Assembly (NCBI GenBank): GCA_040218735.1
Contig: JAVJQW010000022.1
Span: forward strand, 139,901 to 203,900
Source of the DNA: Deltaproteobacteria bacterium
GTDB taxonomy: Bacteria > Myxococcota > Kuafuiibacteriia > Kuafuiibacteriales > Kuafuiibacteriaceae
Direction: 5' to 3'
Length of the DNA stretch: 64,000 nucleotides
Part shown: one piece after another, positions 10,448-20,353 of the stretch
Layout: every line of letters starts with the position of its first letter
Numbering within the stretch: the first letter of the stretch is position 1
Program-made: the position numbers and the translations under genes
The notes under the pieces: generated by a model
Databases searched by the model: none
What the model was told of the DNA's origin: nothing
Seen by the model: the letters and a program-made list of their open reading frames with translations, nothing else

Positions 10448-13165
10448 ATGCAGCGCATCGCGGCCACGCTCGAGCGCGCACGTGCGCTGAACACGGACGT
10501 CGAGCAAGGGCTCGACGACCAGGCGGTACGGGCGAGCCGGGCGGCACACGGGGCGAATCGCGTCCCCGAGGTGCCGCCGAAGCCGGTCTGGAAGATGTTC
10601 CAGGAGGCCCTCGCCGACAAGACGCTGCTCATTCTGATCGGCGCGGCGGTCTTGTCGCTGGGCGTTGAGCTGCTGCAGGCGCGCCTCGACCCGGCCTACG
10701 CGCCGCACTACATCGACGGGATCGCGATCCTCCTCGCGGTGCTGATCGCGTCGCTCGTCACCACGGTGAACGAGGCCGGCGCGGCGAAGCAGTTCTCGGA
10801 GCTCAACAAGATCCGTGACGACATCGAGGTGAAGGTCCTGCGGGCCGGGCACGTGAAGAAGGTGTCGATCCACGACCTCGTCGTCGGGGACGTCGTGTAC
10901 TTCGACGCGGGCGACAAACTCCCGGCGGACGGGTTGCTCCTGTCGGGGGCGGACGTCGCGATCGACCAGTCGACGCTCACGGGTGAGTCCGTCCCGGTCG
11001 ACAAGGACGCCGAGGACCCGCAGCTCAAGGGCGGGACGACGGTGACCGGTGGCTCCGGGTGCATGTTGATCGAGGCGGTCGGTGAGCAGTCGGAGATCGG
11101 CAAGCTCCAGCGTGCGCTCACCGACGACGAGGACGCCCCGACGCCTCTGCAGGAGCGCCTCGCGGTGCTGGCGGATCGCATCGGGTACTTCGGGTTGGGC
11201 GCGGCGATCCTCACGTTCGCGGCGCTGTCGATCTCGGCCGGAGTGCGGGGCGAGATGCCGGTCGCGATGACGCTCGAGACCGCGCGGCACCTGCTGACGT
11301 TCCTGATCGTCGCGGTGACGATCATCGTGGTCGCCGTGCCGGAGGGGCTGCCGCTCGCGGTGACGATCTCACTCGCCTACAGCGTCAAGAAGATGGCGCG
11401 CGACAACAACCTCGTCCGCAAGCTCGCGAGCTGCGAGACGATGGGCGCCGCGACGGTGGTGTGCTCCGACAAGACGGGCACGCTCACGAAGAACCGCATG
11501 AGCGTGGTGGCCGGGCACGTCGCCGGTCATTCGTTCGAGGAGGCCCCCACGAAGGACGCGCTGGGCGACGCGGCGCAGGCGTTCGCGGACGTCGCGGCGA
11601 TCGACGCGACGGCGTTCCTCGAGCGGGACGACGCGGGCCACGTCACGTACGTCGGTAACCCGACGGAGTGCGCTTTGCTCGCGCTGATCGAGACGTGGGG
11701 CTTCGACTATCGTGCGCTGCGCGACGCCGCGGATGTCGTTCATCAGCTCGGCTTCACGTCGGATCGGAAGCGCATGTCGACGTTGGTGAAGAGCGGGGAG
11801 GGGCATCGGCTCCTCGTGAAGGGCGCGCCCGAGGTCGTGCTGGAGCGGTCCACGCGGTTCGTCGCGGCGTCGGGCACGGAGCGGCTCGACGACGACCAGC
11901 GCGCGGCCCGCCTCGCGGACGTGGAGCGGTTTTCGTCGCAGGGGCACCGCACACTCGCGCTCGCGTACCGCGACTTCGGCGGGGCGGCGCCCGACGGCGC
12001 AGACGCGCTGGAGTCGGACCTCGTACTGCTCGGCGTCGTCGCGATCGCGGATCCGGTGCGGCCGGAGGTGAAAGAGGCGGTCGCGGAGTGCCGGCGCGCG
12101 GGCGTGGAGGTGAAGATCGTCACCGGCGACAACCCGCTGACCGCGCAGAGCATCGGCACGCAGATCGGTTTGATCGAGGACGGGGACCTGGTGATGGAGG
12201 GCGCCGAGTTCCGCGCGCTCTCGGACGAGGAGGTCGTCGCAAGGCTCCCGAAGCTCCGGGTGCTCGCGCGCTCCGTGCCGACCGACAAACACCGCTTGGT
12301 GTCGCTCCTGAAGGCCAACGGTGAGGTCGTCGCGGTCACCGGGGACGGCACGAACGATGCGCCCGCGCTGAAGGTCGCGGACGTCGGGTTCTCGATGGGG
12401 ATCACCGGGACCGAAGTCGCGAAGGAGGCGAGCGACATCGTGCTGCTCGACGACAACTTCGCGTCGATCGTCGGGGGCATTCAGTGGGGGCGCTCGATCT
12501 TCGAGAACATCCGCAAGTTCCTCCAGTTCCAGCTCACGGTGAACGTCGTCGCGCTCGGGACGGCGTTCCTTGCGGCGGTGCTCGGGTTCGGCATTCCACT
12601 GAATACCGTGCAGCTGCTGTGGGTGAACCTGATCATGGACACCCTCGCGGCGCTCGCGCTCGCGACGGAGCCGCCGACCGAGGAGCTCTTCGAGCAGCCC
12701 CCGCACGGGCGCCACGCGCCGCTCATCACGCGGGCGATGTGGACGTCCATCCTGACGATGGGGCTCGTGATGATCGGCGTGCTCGTCGCGACGATGTGGA
12801 CGGACTGGATCGTCCCGGGCACGACGGCGCACGCGGAGAAGCTCACGTTTGTCTTCAACGCCTTCGTGATGATGCAGCTCTTCAACGAGGTGAACGCACG
12901 CTCCACCCGCTTCGACCGCGGTGTGTTGCGCGGCTTCGCGGACAGCCCGCTGTTCGTCGCGGTGCTCGTGGTGACGTTCGGGCTGCAGATCGTGATCGTG
13001 CAGCTCGGCGGCGACTTCTTCCGCACCGTCCCGCTGTCGATGGACCTGTGGATTCGCAGCGTGGTGGTGGGCGCGTCGACGCTCGTCCTCGGGTTCGTGC
13101 TGCGCGCGGTGCTGCGCAACGCGCCGAAGGCCTGGTACGGAGAGGCAAGCCCGGACGCGACGTGA
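10448..13165 (+). CDS. Calcium-translocating P-type ATPase, PMCA/P2B type
   Basis: TGES, VVAVPEGLPLAVTISLAYS, CSDKTGTLT, KGAPE, TGDN, TGDGTNDAPAL, QLLWVNLIMDT. Confidence 0.95.
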   Translation: MQRIAATLERARALNTDVEQGLDDQAVRASRAAHGANRVPEVPPKPVWKMFQEALADKTLLILIGAAVLSLGVELLQARLDPAYAPHYIDGIAILLAVLIASLVTTVNEAGAAKQFSELNKIRDDIEVKVLRAGHVKKVSIHDLVVGDVVYFDAGDKLPADGLLLSGADVAIDQSTLTGESVPVDKDAEDPQLKGGTTVTGGSGCMLIEAVGEQSEIGKLQRALTDDEDAPTPLQERLAVLADRIGYFGLGAAILTFAALSISAGVRGEMPVAMTLETARHLLTFLIVAVTIIVVAVPEGLPLAVTISLAYSVKKMARDNNLVRKLASCETMGAATVVCSDKTGTLTKNRMSVVAGHVAGHSFEEAPTKDALGDAAQAFADVAAIDATAFLERDDAGHVTYVGNPTECALLALIETWGFDYRALRDAADVVHQLGFTSDRKRMSTLVKSGEGHRLLVKGAPEVVLERSTRFVAASGTERLDDDQRAARLADVERFSSQGHRTLALAYRDFGGAAPDGADALESDLVLLGVVAIADPVRPEVKEAVAECRRAGVEVKIVTGDNPLTAQSIGTQIGLIEDGDLVMEGAEFRALSDEEVVARLPKLRVLARSVPTDKHRLVSLLKANGEVVAVTGDGTNDAPALKVADVGFSMGITGTEVAKEASDIVLLDDNFASIVGGIQWGRSIFENIRKFLQFQLTVNVVALGTAFLAAVLGFGIPLNTVQLLWVNLIMDTLAALALATEPPTEELFEQPPHGRHAPLITRAMWTSILTMGLVMIGVLVATMWTDWIVPGTTAHAEKLTFVFNAFVMMQLFNEVNARSTRFDRGVLRGFADSPLFVAVLVVTFGLQIVIVQLGGDFFRTVPLSMDLWIRSVVVGASTLVLGFVLRAVLRNAPKAWYGEASPDAT

Positions 13166-13253
13166 TCGCCGTCGTGTCGCAACGAATCCACACGCGTGAA
13201 TCCGGGGCTCGGTCGTTCACCCGATTCGGGCGTCGCCGGGTGCGGTACGGAAC

Positions 13254-14123
13254 GTGCTCTCGTCGAGGCCCGTGCGGACCCGGGCGCTACTCCTCCTGAC
13301 CCTGCTCACGGCCTGCGGCTCCTCCGCGGTGGAGCAGGACGTCACCCTCCGGGTCGTCCGCGGCGGCGAGGTCGTGCACGCCGCCGGCACCATCACCGAA
13401 AACGCGGACTCCGGCGAGCCGATGCTCGCTGCGCGGTTCACGGTGGACGCCGGGCGGACCGCGACGCTCCTCATCGTCGGCGACCCGCCGACGGTCGCGA
13501 TGTACGAGGAGTGGCGCGGCGAGAAGAAGCTCTTCGCGGGCCAGATCCGCGACGAGGAGATCGCCGGCCGCCTCACGCGTGCGGAGATCGGCGCGCGCAT
13601 CCAGTTTGCCTTCATGGCGGTGGATGGCAGCCAGGCGATCAAGATCGAGGGCGCCGCCACCGTCATCGAGGTGCGCGGAGCGCCGCAGCCCGAGGCGAGT
13701 GGGCAGGTCGTCGTGACGTACGACGATGACCCGACCTACGAGGACCCCTACTACGACGACACGACGTACGACGAACCGTCGGGTTGTGAGTCGTACGAGC
13801 CGGAGCCGGAGCCTGAGCCGGAGCCCGAGTACGAAGACGAGACCTGGGAGGACAGCAGCGGCGGCGGCTGCGGCGGCGTCGAGGGCGACACCGTCGAAGA
13901 CGACTGGGACGAGGAAGAGGAGTGGGAGGGCGACGACTGGGAGACGGACGAGTCCTACGAAGGGGACGACTCCGCGGCCGGCTGCGAGGGAGACACCTAC
14001 GAGGCCTCCGTCTCCTACGACCGGCGTCGCACGCGCCGCATCGTCCGCGGTGCGTGGCTGTGGCTCTGGCCGCTCGGCGTCGTCGCGTTCTTCAACCGCC
14101 GCGCGCGCCGCGCTCGTTCCTGA
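13254..14123 (+). CDS. Lipoprotein with acidic low-complexity tail and C-terminal TM/Arg-rich end
   Basis: Lipobox LTAC; D/E/Y/W-rich region with repeated GC-x-(G)EGD; ends WLWLWPLGVVAFFNRRARRARS. Confidence 0.7.
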   Translation: MLSSRPVRTRALLLLTLLTACGSSAVEQDVTLRVVRGGEVVHAAGTITENADSGEPMLAARFTVDAGRTATLLIVGDPPTVAMYEEWRGEKKLFAGQIRDEEIAGRLTRAEIGARIQFAFMAVDGSQAIKIEGAATVIEVRGAPQPEASGQVVVTYDDDPTYEDPYYDDTTYDEPSGCESYEPEPEPEPEPEYEDETWEDSSGGGCGGVEGDTVEDDWDEEEEWEGDDWETDESYEGDDSAAGCEGDTYEASVSYDRRRTRRIVRGAWLWLWPLGVVAFFNRRARRARS

Positions 14124-14183
14124 AACCCCTCGGCGCGACGAGTCCGTCGACGACGCTCCGCGTATCGCGCATCATGCGCCGCG

Positions 14184-14963
14184 ATGCGCCTCGACCGAAC
14201 GCTCCGCGACCGCTGGTCTCGAGAAGACGACGCCTGGACGTTCACCATGCCCGAGGGGTGGGGGCAGGGCCGCTCCGTGTTTGGTGGCTTCACGGCGGCC
14301 GCCGCCGTGGCCCTCGCGCACCGCGACGCGGGTGACGACCGCCGCCTCCGCACCGTCTCGATGCAGCTCATCCGCCCGACGAAGCCCGGCCCGACGAAGG
14401 GGCGGTGCACCGTCGTACGCGAAGGCGCGAACGTTCGCTTCGTCGAGGTGCGCCTCGCGCAGGATGACGCCGACGTCGCCGCGGTGAGCGCCGTGTTCGT
14501 CGCCCCGCGCGCGGGCTCGACCGACGCGCCCCCGCTCCCCGCGTGGGACGGGCCCGACGTCGAGTCGCTCGTCGACCTCCCGTACATCGAAGGCGTCATC
14601 CCCGAGTTCACGCAGCACGTTCAGATGCGCTGGGCCGACGGCCTCCCGCCGTTCTCCAACGGAAAGGAGGCCCGCTTCCGGGGGTACTGCCGCGGACCGT
14701 TCGGCGACGCGGAGGGCCTCGTCGCGCTCCTCGACGTGTGGCCGTCCCCGTCCCTCGCGCTGCTCTCGGGCCCCGCGCCCGCGAGCACGGTGAGCTGGAC
14801 CGCGCACCTGTTGGAGGTGCCTGCGGACTTCGAACGGTGGTTCCGGTTCTCGTACGAGACCGTCGCGGGGCGCGACGGGTTCCACACCAGCGTCGGCGCG
14901 CTGCACGACGCCGACGGTCGACTCGTCGGCTGGACGGAGCAGCTCGTCGCGGTGTTCGGCTGA
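14184..14963 (+). CDS. Acyl-CoA thioesterase family (double hot-dog, TesB-like)
   Basis: WGQGRSVFGG, LLDVWP, ASTVSW, LHDADGRLV...EQLVAVFG. Confidence 0.85.
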   Translation: MRLDRTLRDRWSREDDAWTFTMPEGWGQGRSVFGGFTAAAAVALAHRDAGDDRRLRTVSMQLIRPTKPGPTKGRCTVVREGANVRFVEVRLAQDDADVAAVSAVFVAPRAGSTDAPPLPAWDGPDVESLVDLPYIEGVIPEFTQHVQMRWADGLPPFSNGKEARFRGYCRGPFGDAEGLVALLDVWPSPSLALLSGPAPASTVSWTAHLLEVPADFERWFRFSYETVAGRDGFHTSVGALHDADGRLVGWTEQLVAVFG

Positions 14964-14966
14964 GCG

Positions 14967-15749
14967 CTACATCGCCGGCTGCGTCGGCTGCGCCTCGTCC
15001 GGCGGGGTCACGGTGAAGATAACCAGCGAGTGCGCGTCGAGCGAGGTCCACGCGCCGGGGAAGAGCGGCTCGCTCGCGACGACGCGCCCGGAGACCGGGA
15101 CCACGGAGCCCTCCTCCGCGACGATCGTGTACAGCGGCGGCGGCGTCCCGCGCGTGGCGGTGCGGAGCGTCAGGAGCGACGACCCGTCCGTCGCGACGAT
15201 CGCAAACGACGCCGCGGCGCCCGCGCGCGTCGCGAGCTGGGTGACCTTGCCGACGAGCGTCTCCAGCGCGCCCGCCATCGCGTCGGCGTCGGTGCGCCCC
15301 TGCAGGGCGTCGAGCCACGTCGCGAACAACAGCTGCGACGGGCTGCCTCCCGAGGCCGCGGCGAACGCGCCGTCCGAGAGGCCCTCGGTGAGCGGGCGAC
15401 GGAAGACGTCGTCGAAGCGCTCGAGCTCTCCGTCGTGCGCGAACAAAAACGGCGTCGCGGCGAACGGCTGCAGGCCCGACAGCTCCGCGGGGTGCGCGTC
15501 GGCGCGTCGGATCTCGGCGATCGCACACTCGGCGGGGTAACGGCGCGCCGCCTCCAGCGCGTGCCCCTCGCTCCACAGCGGCATCCGCGAGCGCACCCGG
15601 ACCGGGTCGGGGTGGCCGTCCAGGGGGAACCATCCGAGCCCGAACCCGTCCGCGAACTCCGCCGCCTGCCGCACGAGCGCGTACGATCCGCCCTCCAGCA
15701 ACGTGGCGGGGCTCATCTGAGGTCCGAGGTAGGCAGCGATTCGACCCAT
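14967..15749 (-). CDS. Class II glutamine amidotransferase / EgtC-like protein lacking the N-terminal Cys
   Basis: MGRIAAYLG, ADGFGLGWF, QPF...FLFAHDG, VVASEPL..W. Confidence 0.8.
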   Translation of the reverse strand: MGRIAAYLGPQMSPATLLEGGSYALVRQAAEFADGFGLGWFPLDGHPDPVRVRSRMPLWSEGHALEAARRYPAECAIAEIRRADAHPAELSGLQPFAATPFLFAHDGELERFDDVFRRPLTEGLSDGAFAAASGGSPSQLLFATWLDALQGRTDADAMAGALETLVGKVTQLATRAGAAASFAIVATDGSSLLTLRTATRGTPPPLYTIVAEEGSVVPVSGRVVASEPLFPGAWTSLDAHSLVIFTVTPPDEAQPTQPAM

Positions 15750-15797
15750 GGCGCAGCTTCCATACCGGATGCTCCGCCCGCAGTCACTGCGCGAGCG

Positions 15798-17258
15798 TCA
15801 ATCGGGTTCGGCGATGACACTCACCGCGCCGTCGTCGGCGTGCAGAACGTAAGCCCGCCGCATGTCACTGATCGCGATGGCGCCGAGTCGCAACGACGGC
15901 AGCCGCACCGTCGACTGCACGCGAGGTCGCATCACCGGTCCACGGTCGATGAACGCCACCCGCCCCGCCGAGCTCGACAGCACGACGCGATCCGTTGCGA
16001 GGTCGTAGGCGAGGTCCGAGAGCTGCTCGACCTCCGGCACACCGACACGCCGCACCGCGGTCTCGTTCGTCGCCGCCGCGTCGTACTCGAAGTAGCAGTG
16101 CCGCTCGCGCGCCGCGCCCATGTAACACGCGCCGAGGAAACCGAGGGTCTGCCGCTCGATCTGCACGAGGCGCGTCGGCACGATGCTGCCCAGCGACAAC
16201 CCATCCGCGCGCGACAGGTCGGTCAGCAGCGCCATCGTCATCGTCGCGGTCACCGAGAACAGCGACGATGAACCTTCGGCGGTCGCGGCCGCGATCGCGG
16301 TCGTCGTGTCCAACGCCGCGAGGCTCGTGATGCGCTCCGCCTGCGTGCGCGGCGCGTCGCGCGGCGTGAGCGTCGCGGCCTCGTAGACGATCAGCGCGCT
16401 CGTCGCGCCCTCCGTCACCGCGACGAGCACACCTTCGCTCGTCACCGCCATCGCGTCGGGGGCGCTCGGGAGCGTCGCGCGGTACTGCACGGCGTTGTCG
16501 TTGGTCTCGACGCGGACGAGCTCGTTGCCGGCCACGAACACCGCCGCGCCGCCCGGGGCCGCCGCGATGAACCGCGCCCCCGGGACGCTCACCATCGTGT
16601 CGACCGCCGTGTTCCCGTTCGGGTCGATGCGGTAGACGGAGCTCTCCACGAGGACCCAGACCGACCCCGCCGCGAACACGGCGTCCGACGCGCTGGCGCC
16701 CTGGCGCAGCGTGACCTCGGCTTCCTTCTTCGTGTTGGGGTCGACGCCGTCGACGAGCTCCAGGTACAGGCCGGTGTGCTCGGTGTCGAAGCGCTCCTCG
16801 CACGAGCTGCTGTGACAGGCGAGCATTGCGTAGGTCGGTGAGAAGTCGACGGCGCGCGGGTAGAGCCCGCCGCGACAGCACACGGGCTCCCGAGAGAGGC
16901 GACCGCCGCCGCTGCGCTTCACGACGAGCGTGATGCTCGGCTCGTAGTCGTTCTCGACCGCGGGGTCCGCGCCGACGAAGCCCTGCCACTCGCGGGGGTT
17001 CGCCGATGCGTCCGTTGCGTCGTGGTAGATGCCGATGGCGCACTCGTCCTGCTCGACGAACACGTTGCGCGCGACGCCCTGGTCGAGGTCCGCGAAGACG
17101 AACCAGTCCTGCGCGAAGTTCATCGGGAAGGGCGGGTCGCAGTTGTCACCCACCGCCGGCGGCGGGCCGATCAGGTTCGGATCCGCGTACTCGGGATCAC
17201 CGGGGCCGGCACAGCCCGCGAGCATCGCGAGCGTCGCGGCCCCGATCGTCCAGCGCAT
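15798..17258 (-). CDS. Lipoprotein with probable beta-propeller C-terminal region
   Basis: Lipobox LAGC; repeated beta-strand blades; 486 aa with host-like codons. Confidence 0.7.
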   Translation of the reverse strand: MRWTIGAATLAMLAGCAGPGDPEYADPNLIGPPPAVGDNCDPPFPMNFAQDWFVFADLDQGVARNVFVEQDECAIGIYHDATDASANPREWQGFVGADPAVENDYEPSITLVVKRSGGGRLSREPVCCRGGLYPRAVDFSPTYAMLACHSSSCEERFDTEHTGLYLELVDGVDPNTKKEAEVTLRQGASASDAVFAAGSVWVLVESSVYRIDPNGNTAVDTMVSVPGARFIAAAPGGAAVFVAGNELVRVETNDNAVQYRATLPSAPDAMAVTSEGVLVAVTEGATSALIVYEAATLTPRDAPRTQAERITSLAALDTTTAIAAATAEGSSSLFSVTATMTMALLTDLSRADGLSLGSIVPTRLVQIERQTLGFLGACYMGAARERHCYFEYDAAATNETAVRRVGVPEVEQLSDLAYDLATDRVVLSSSAGRVAFIDRGPVMRPRVQSTVRLPSLRLGAIAISDMRRAYVLHADDGAVSVIAEPD

Positions 17259-17261
17259 GGC

Positions 17262-18131
17262 TCAATCGTCTTGCACGAGTGAGATCGAATCGCCAGCCGC
17301 AGCCGACGCACGGGCGGGCTCGCGGCGGGGTTTCTCGGAGGGGATGTCCTCGTCGTCTTCCTCGATCTCGGCGTCCACCGCGTCCTCGACGTCGTCGAGC
17401 GCGTCCATCTCGCCGCTCGTGAGCGCGGCGCGTTCGCCGGCTTCGAGCATGCCCATGTCGTTCATCTTCGCCTTCAGCGCGGCGAGGTCGTCCGACAGCG
17501 GACCGGCCTCGAGCATGTCGATCTCGGACGCGAGGTCGCGGTCTTCGTGCCCGCTCGCGTACGCCGCGAGCTCCCACGTCGCCTCCGCCTCTGCCTCCGC
17601 GCGCTCCACGCGTGCCTCGAGTCGTTCGAGTCGTTCGCTCGCGCTGTTCTCCGACACCGCCGAAAGGGTGGAGGCGATGTGGCGCTGCGCCTCGGCACGC
17701 TTCGCGCGCGCGAGGAGGAGCGAGCGCTTGCGCTTGGTCTCTTGGAGCTTCGCCGTCAGCTCGGACAGTGCAGTGTTCAGCTCCTGCACGGCCTTCTTCT
17801 GGCCTTCGAGTTGATCTTCGAACTGCGCCGCCGCAGCGATGTTCTCCTTCTTGCGCGCGAGCGCTTCGACCGCGAGATCGTCGCGCCCCGCCCGCACCGC
17901 GGACATCGCCTTCTTCTCCCAGTCCTCGGCCTTCGCCTGGTGCCGCTCGTACTGCTTCGAAAGACGCTTCTCGTCGGCGATCGACATCGCGACGCGACTC
18001 TTCGCCTCGATGATCTGCTTCTGCATCTCCTGGATGGCGGCGTTCAGCATCTTCTCCGGGTCTTCGGCCTTCGAAATCAGGTCGTTGATGTTCGACCGGA
18101 GGAGGTCGCTGATTCGCTGAAAGAGCCCCAT
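17262..18131 (-). CDS. pspA: PspA/IM30 family protein
   Basis: From ATG 18131: MGLFQRISDLLRSNINDLISKAEDPEKML; coiled coil; GRDDLA.EAL; LAALKAKM; acidic tail. Confidence 0.9.
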   Translation of the reverse strand: MGLFQRISDLLRSNINDLISKAEDPEKMLNAAIQEMQKQIIEAKSRVAMSIADEKRLSKQYERHQAKAEDWEKKAMSAVRAGRDDLAVEALARKKENIAAAAQFEDQLEGQKKAVQELNTALSELTAKLQETKRKRSLLLARAKRAEAQRHIASTLSAVSENSASERLERLEARVERAEAEAEATWELAAYASGHEDRDLASEIDMLEAGPLSDDLAALKAKMNDMGMLEAGERAALTSGEMDALDDVEDAVDAEIEEDDEDIPSEKPRREPARASAAAGDSISLVQDD

Positions 18132-18242
18132 GTTCGCTCGACCCATTGTAGCACCGCGGCGAGGGCTTCGCGCCCCTCCCCATACCCTTCTACGAACTTG
18201 CAACGGCCGAGGGCGCGTCGGTGTTCCGATACGTGCTCGCCG

Positions 18243-20240
18243 TCAAAGGTACTTGTCCAACCATCGGAACATCTCGCCGTACCAGAAGACGTAGTTGTGT
18301 GATTTCAGCACCCAGTGCCCTTCGTCCGGGAAGTAGACGAAGCGGGCCGGGACGCCCTGGGTCCTCAGGGCCGTGAACATCTGCTGGCCCTGCGAGAGGT
18401 GCACCCGGTAGTCCAGCTGGCCGTGGATCACGAGCGTCGGGGTCTTGGCGTGCTGGATGAACCGGTGCGGCGACCACTTGTCGTAGAGGTCCCGCGACCG
18501 ATGGGGCGGCCCGCCGAACTCCCACTCGGGGAACCACAGCTCCTCGGTGTCCCCCCAGAACGACTCCAGGTTGTAGACCCCGGCGTGTGAGATCAGACAC
18601 GCGAAGCGGTCCGTGTGCCCCGCGATCCAGTTCACCAGGTACCCGCCGTACGACGCTCCCCCGGCGCAGGTCGCCTTGGGCTTGATGAACTTGTTGGCCT
18701 CGACGGCGTCCGTGTACGCGAGGACGTCCGCGTACGGTCCCCCGCCCCAGTTCTTCGTCACCGCGTCGACGTAGGCCTGCCCGTAGCCGACCGACCCCCG
18801 CGGGTTCGGCATCGCCACCACGTACCCCTGAGCCGCGAACAGCTGCGGGTTCCAGCGCGGGTGCCACTGGCTGATCCAGGCCCCCTGCGGGCCCCCGTGG
18901 ATCAGCATGAAGAGCGGGTAACGACGCTTCGGGTTGAATCCGGGCGGCGTGAGGACGAACCCGTGGACCTTCGTCCCGTCGTTCGCCGTCGCGACCTTCT
19001 CCTGCGCGCGGCCGAGGAAGTAGTGCTCGACGAAGCTGCGGTTGAGCGAGGTGATCGGCGTGGCCTTCTTCGTCCGCGGGTCCCAGCGCCAGACTTCGGG
19101 GGGCGCCTCGAACGTCGTCGCGACGAACACCACCTCGCCGTTCGGCCCCGCCGACGGGTACTTCACGGAGCGGTCGCCCACGATGCGCTCCGCCGCGCCC
19201 GACGCGCGGGGCAGGCGGAAGAGCGCCTTGAAGCCGCGGTCGTACGCCGTCACGAACAGGGTGTCCTCCCCCGACCACACGATGTCGCGCACGCCGCGGT
19301 CCCAGTCCTTCGTCCGCGCGACGGTCTTCTTGGTCTCGCGGTCGTAGATGTGCAGCACCGGCCGGTCCGCCTCGAACCCGGGCCGCGCGAAGGCGGTGTA
19401 CGCGACGTAGCGTCCCGACGGCGACGCCACCGGGTTCGCGTCCCACGCTGGGTTGTCGGTGAGCTTCGCGGGGCGCCCGGAGAAGAGGCGTTTTTCGTAC
19501 AGGTCGTTGTTGGTCGACCGCGCGCGGTCCTCGCCCTGGTGCCGGGCGAACACCACGCTGTCCTTCGTGAGCGTCCAGCCGGCGCCCGCGTTCAGGACGT
19601 CCGTCGGGACCGCGAGAGGCCCCGGGGTCAGGTCCTTGGGGGCCGCGCTCTTGTCGACGGGCACCACGAACAGGTGCGATCGCGTGCCTTCGTCCCATCC
19701 GGACCAGTGACGGTACAGGAGGTCGTCGTAGACCCGCGCCTTCACCGGGTCGTCCGCCTTCTTCTTCTCGGCGGCCGCGTGGCACTCGGCGTCGCGGCAG
19801 GCCGGGTCGATCTGGCCGACGAACACGATGAACCGCCCGTCGGCCGTGAAGCGGGGCTCCGCGATGCCCGGCCCGAAGGTGAACAGCACCGTCGGCTCGC
19901 CGACCTGACCGACCTCGAACACCATCAGCGCCGCTTCGCCGTCCGACTTCCCGACGAACGCGAGGCGGCGCCCGTCCGGCGACCACGTCGGGCTGTGACC
20001 GCCCGAGCGGGTGATTGCCCGCGGCGCGCCGTCGTTGGCCGGCATCAGGTAGAGCTGGGTGTCGGAGGCCTTCGTGGGGTGTTTGTCGGTGATCGCGAGC
20101 GCGACCCAGCGCCCGTCGGGCGACAGCGCGGGGGCCCCCGGCCAGCGGACTTCGAGGGAGGCCTCGGGGGTGAGCGGCTTCTTCGCGAGCGCGGGGGTGC
20201 AGACGAACGAGAGCGCGAGCGCGAGCATCCAACGGGTCAT
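18243..20240 (-). CDS. S9 family peptidase (dipeptidyl-peptidase 5-like), secreted
   Basis: Signal peptide; PD40 repeats (WSPDGR); IHGGPQG, GASYGG (Ser), DYRV (Asp), DEGHW (His). Confidence 0.95.
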   Translation of the reverse strand: MTRWMLALALSFVCTPALAKKPLTPEASLEVRWPGAPALSPDGRWVALAITDKHPTKASDTQLYLMPANDGAPRAITRSGGHSPTWSPDGRRLAFVGKSDGEAALMVFEVGQVGEPTVLFTFGPGIAEPRFTADGRFIVFVGQIDPACRDAECHAAAEKKKADDPVKARVYDDLLYRHWSGWDEGTRSHLFVVPVDKSAAPKDLTPGPLAVPTDVLNAGAGWTLTKDSVVFARHQGEDRARSTNNDLYEKRLFSGRPAKLTDNPAWDANPVASPSGRYVAYTAFARPGFEADRPVLHIYDRETKKTVARTKDWDRGVRDIVWSGEDTLFVTAYDRGFKALFRLPRASGAAERIVGDRSVKYPSAGPNGEVVFVATTFEAPPEVWRWDPRTKKATPITSLNRSFVEHYFLGRAQEKVATANDGTKVHGFVLTPPGFNPKRRYPLFMLIHGGPQGAWISQWHPRWNPQLFAAQGYVVAMPNPRGSVGYGQAYVDAVTKNWGGGPYADVLAYTDAVEANKFIKPKATCAGGASYGGYLVNWIAGHTDRFACLISHAGVYNLESFWGDTEELWFPEWEFGGPPHRSRDLYDKWSPHRFIQHAKTPTLVIHGQLDYRVHLSQGQQMFTALRTQGVPARFVYFPDEGHWVLKSHNYVFWYGEMFRWLDKYL

Positions 20241-20353
20241 GACGGCGGCAGGTGTATCAGGCTCGGTCGGCGATGCGTAGGTGAGCGGTGTGATCGCCCG
20301 AACGCCGCCCGGAGAACTGTACGGGCGGCGCGCGTGCGTGCGATGTTCGACGC

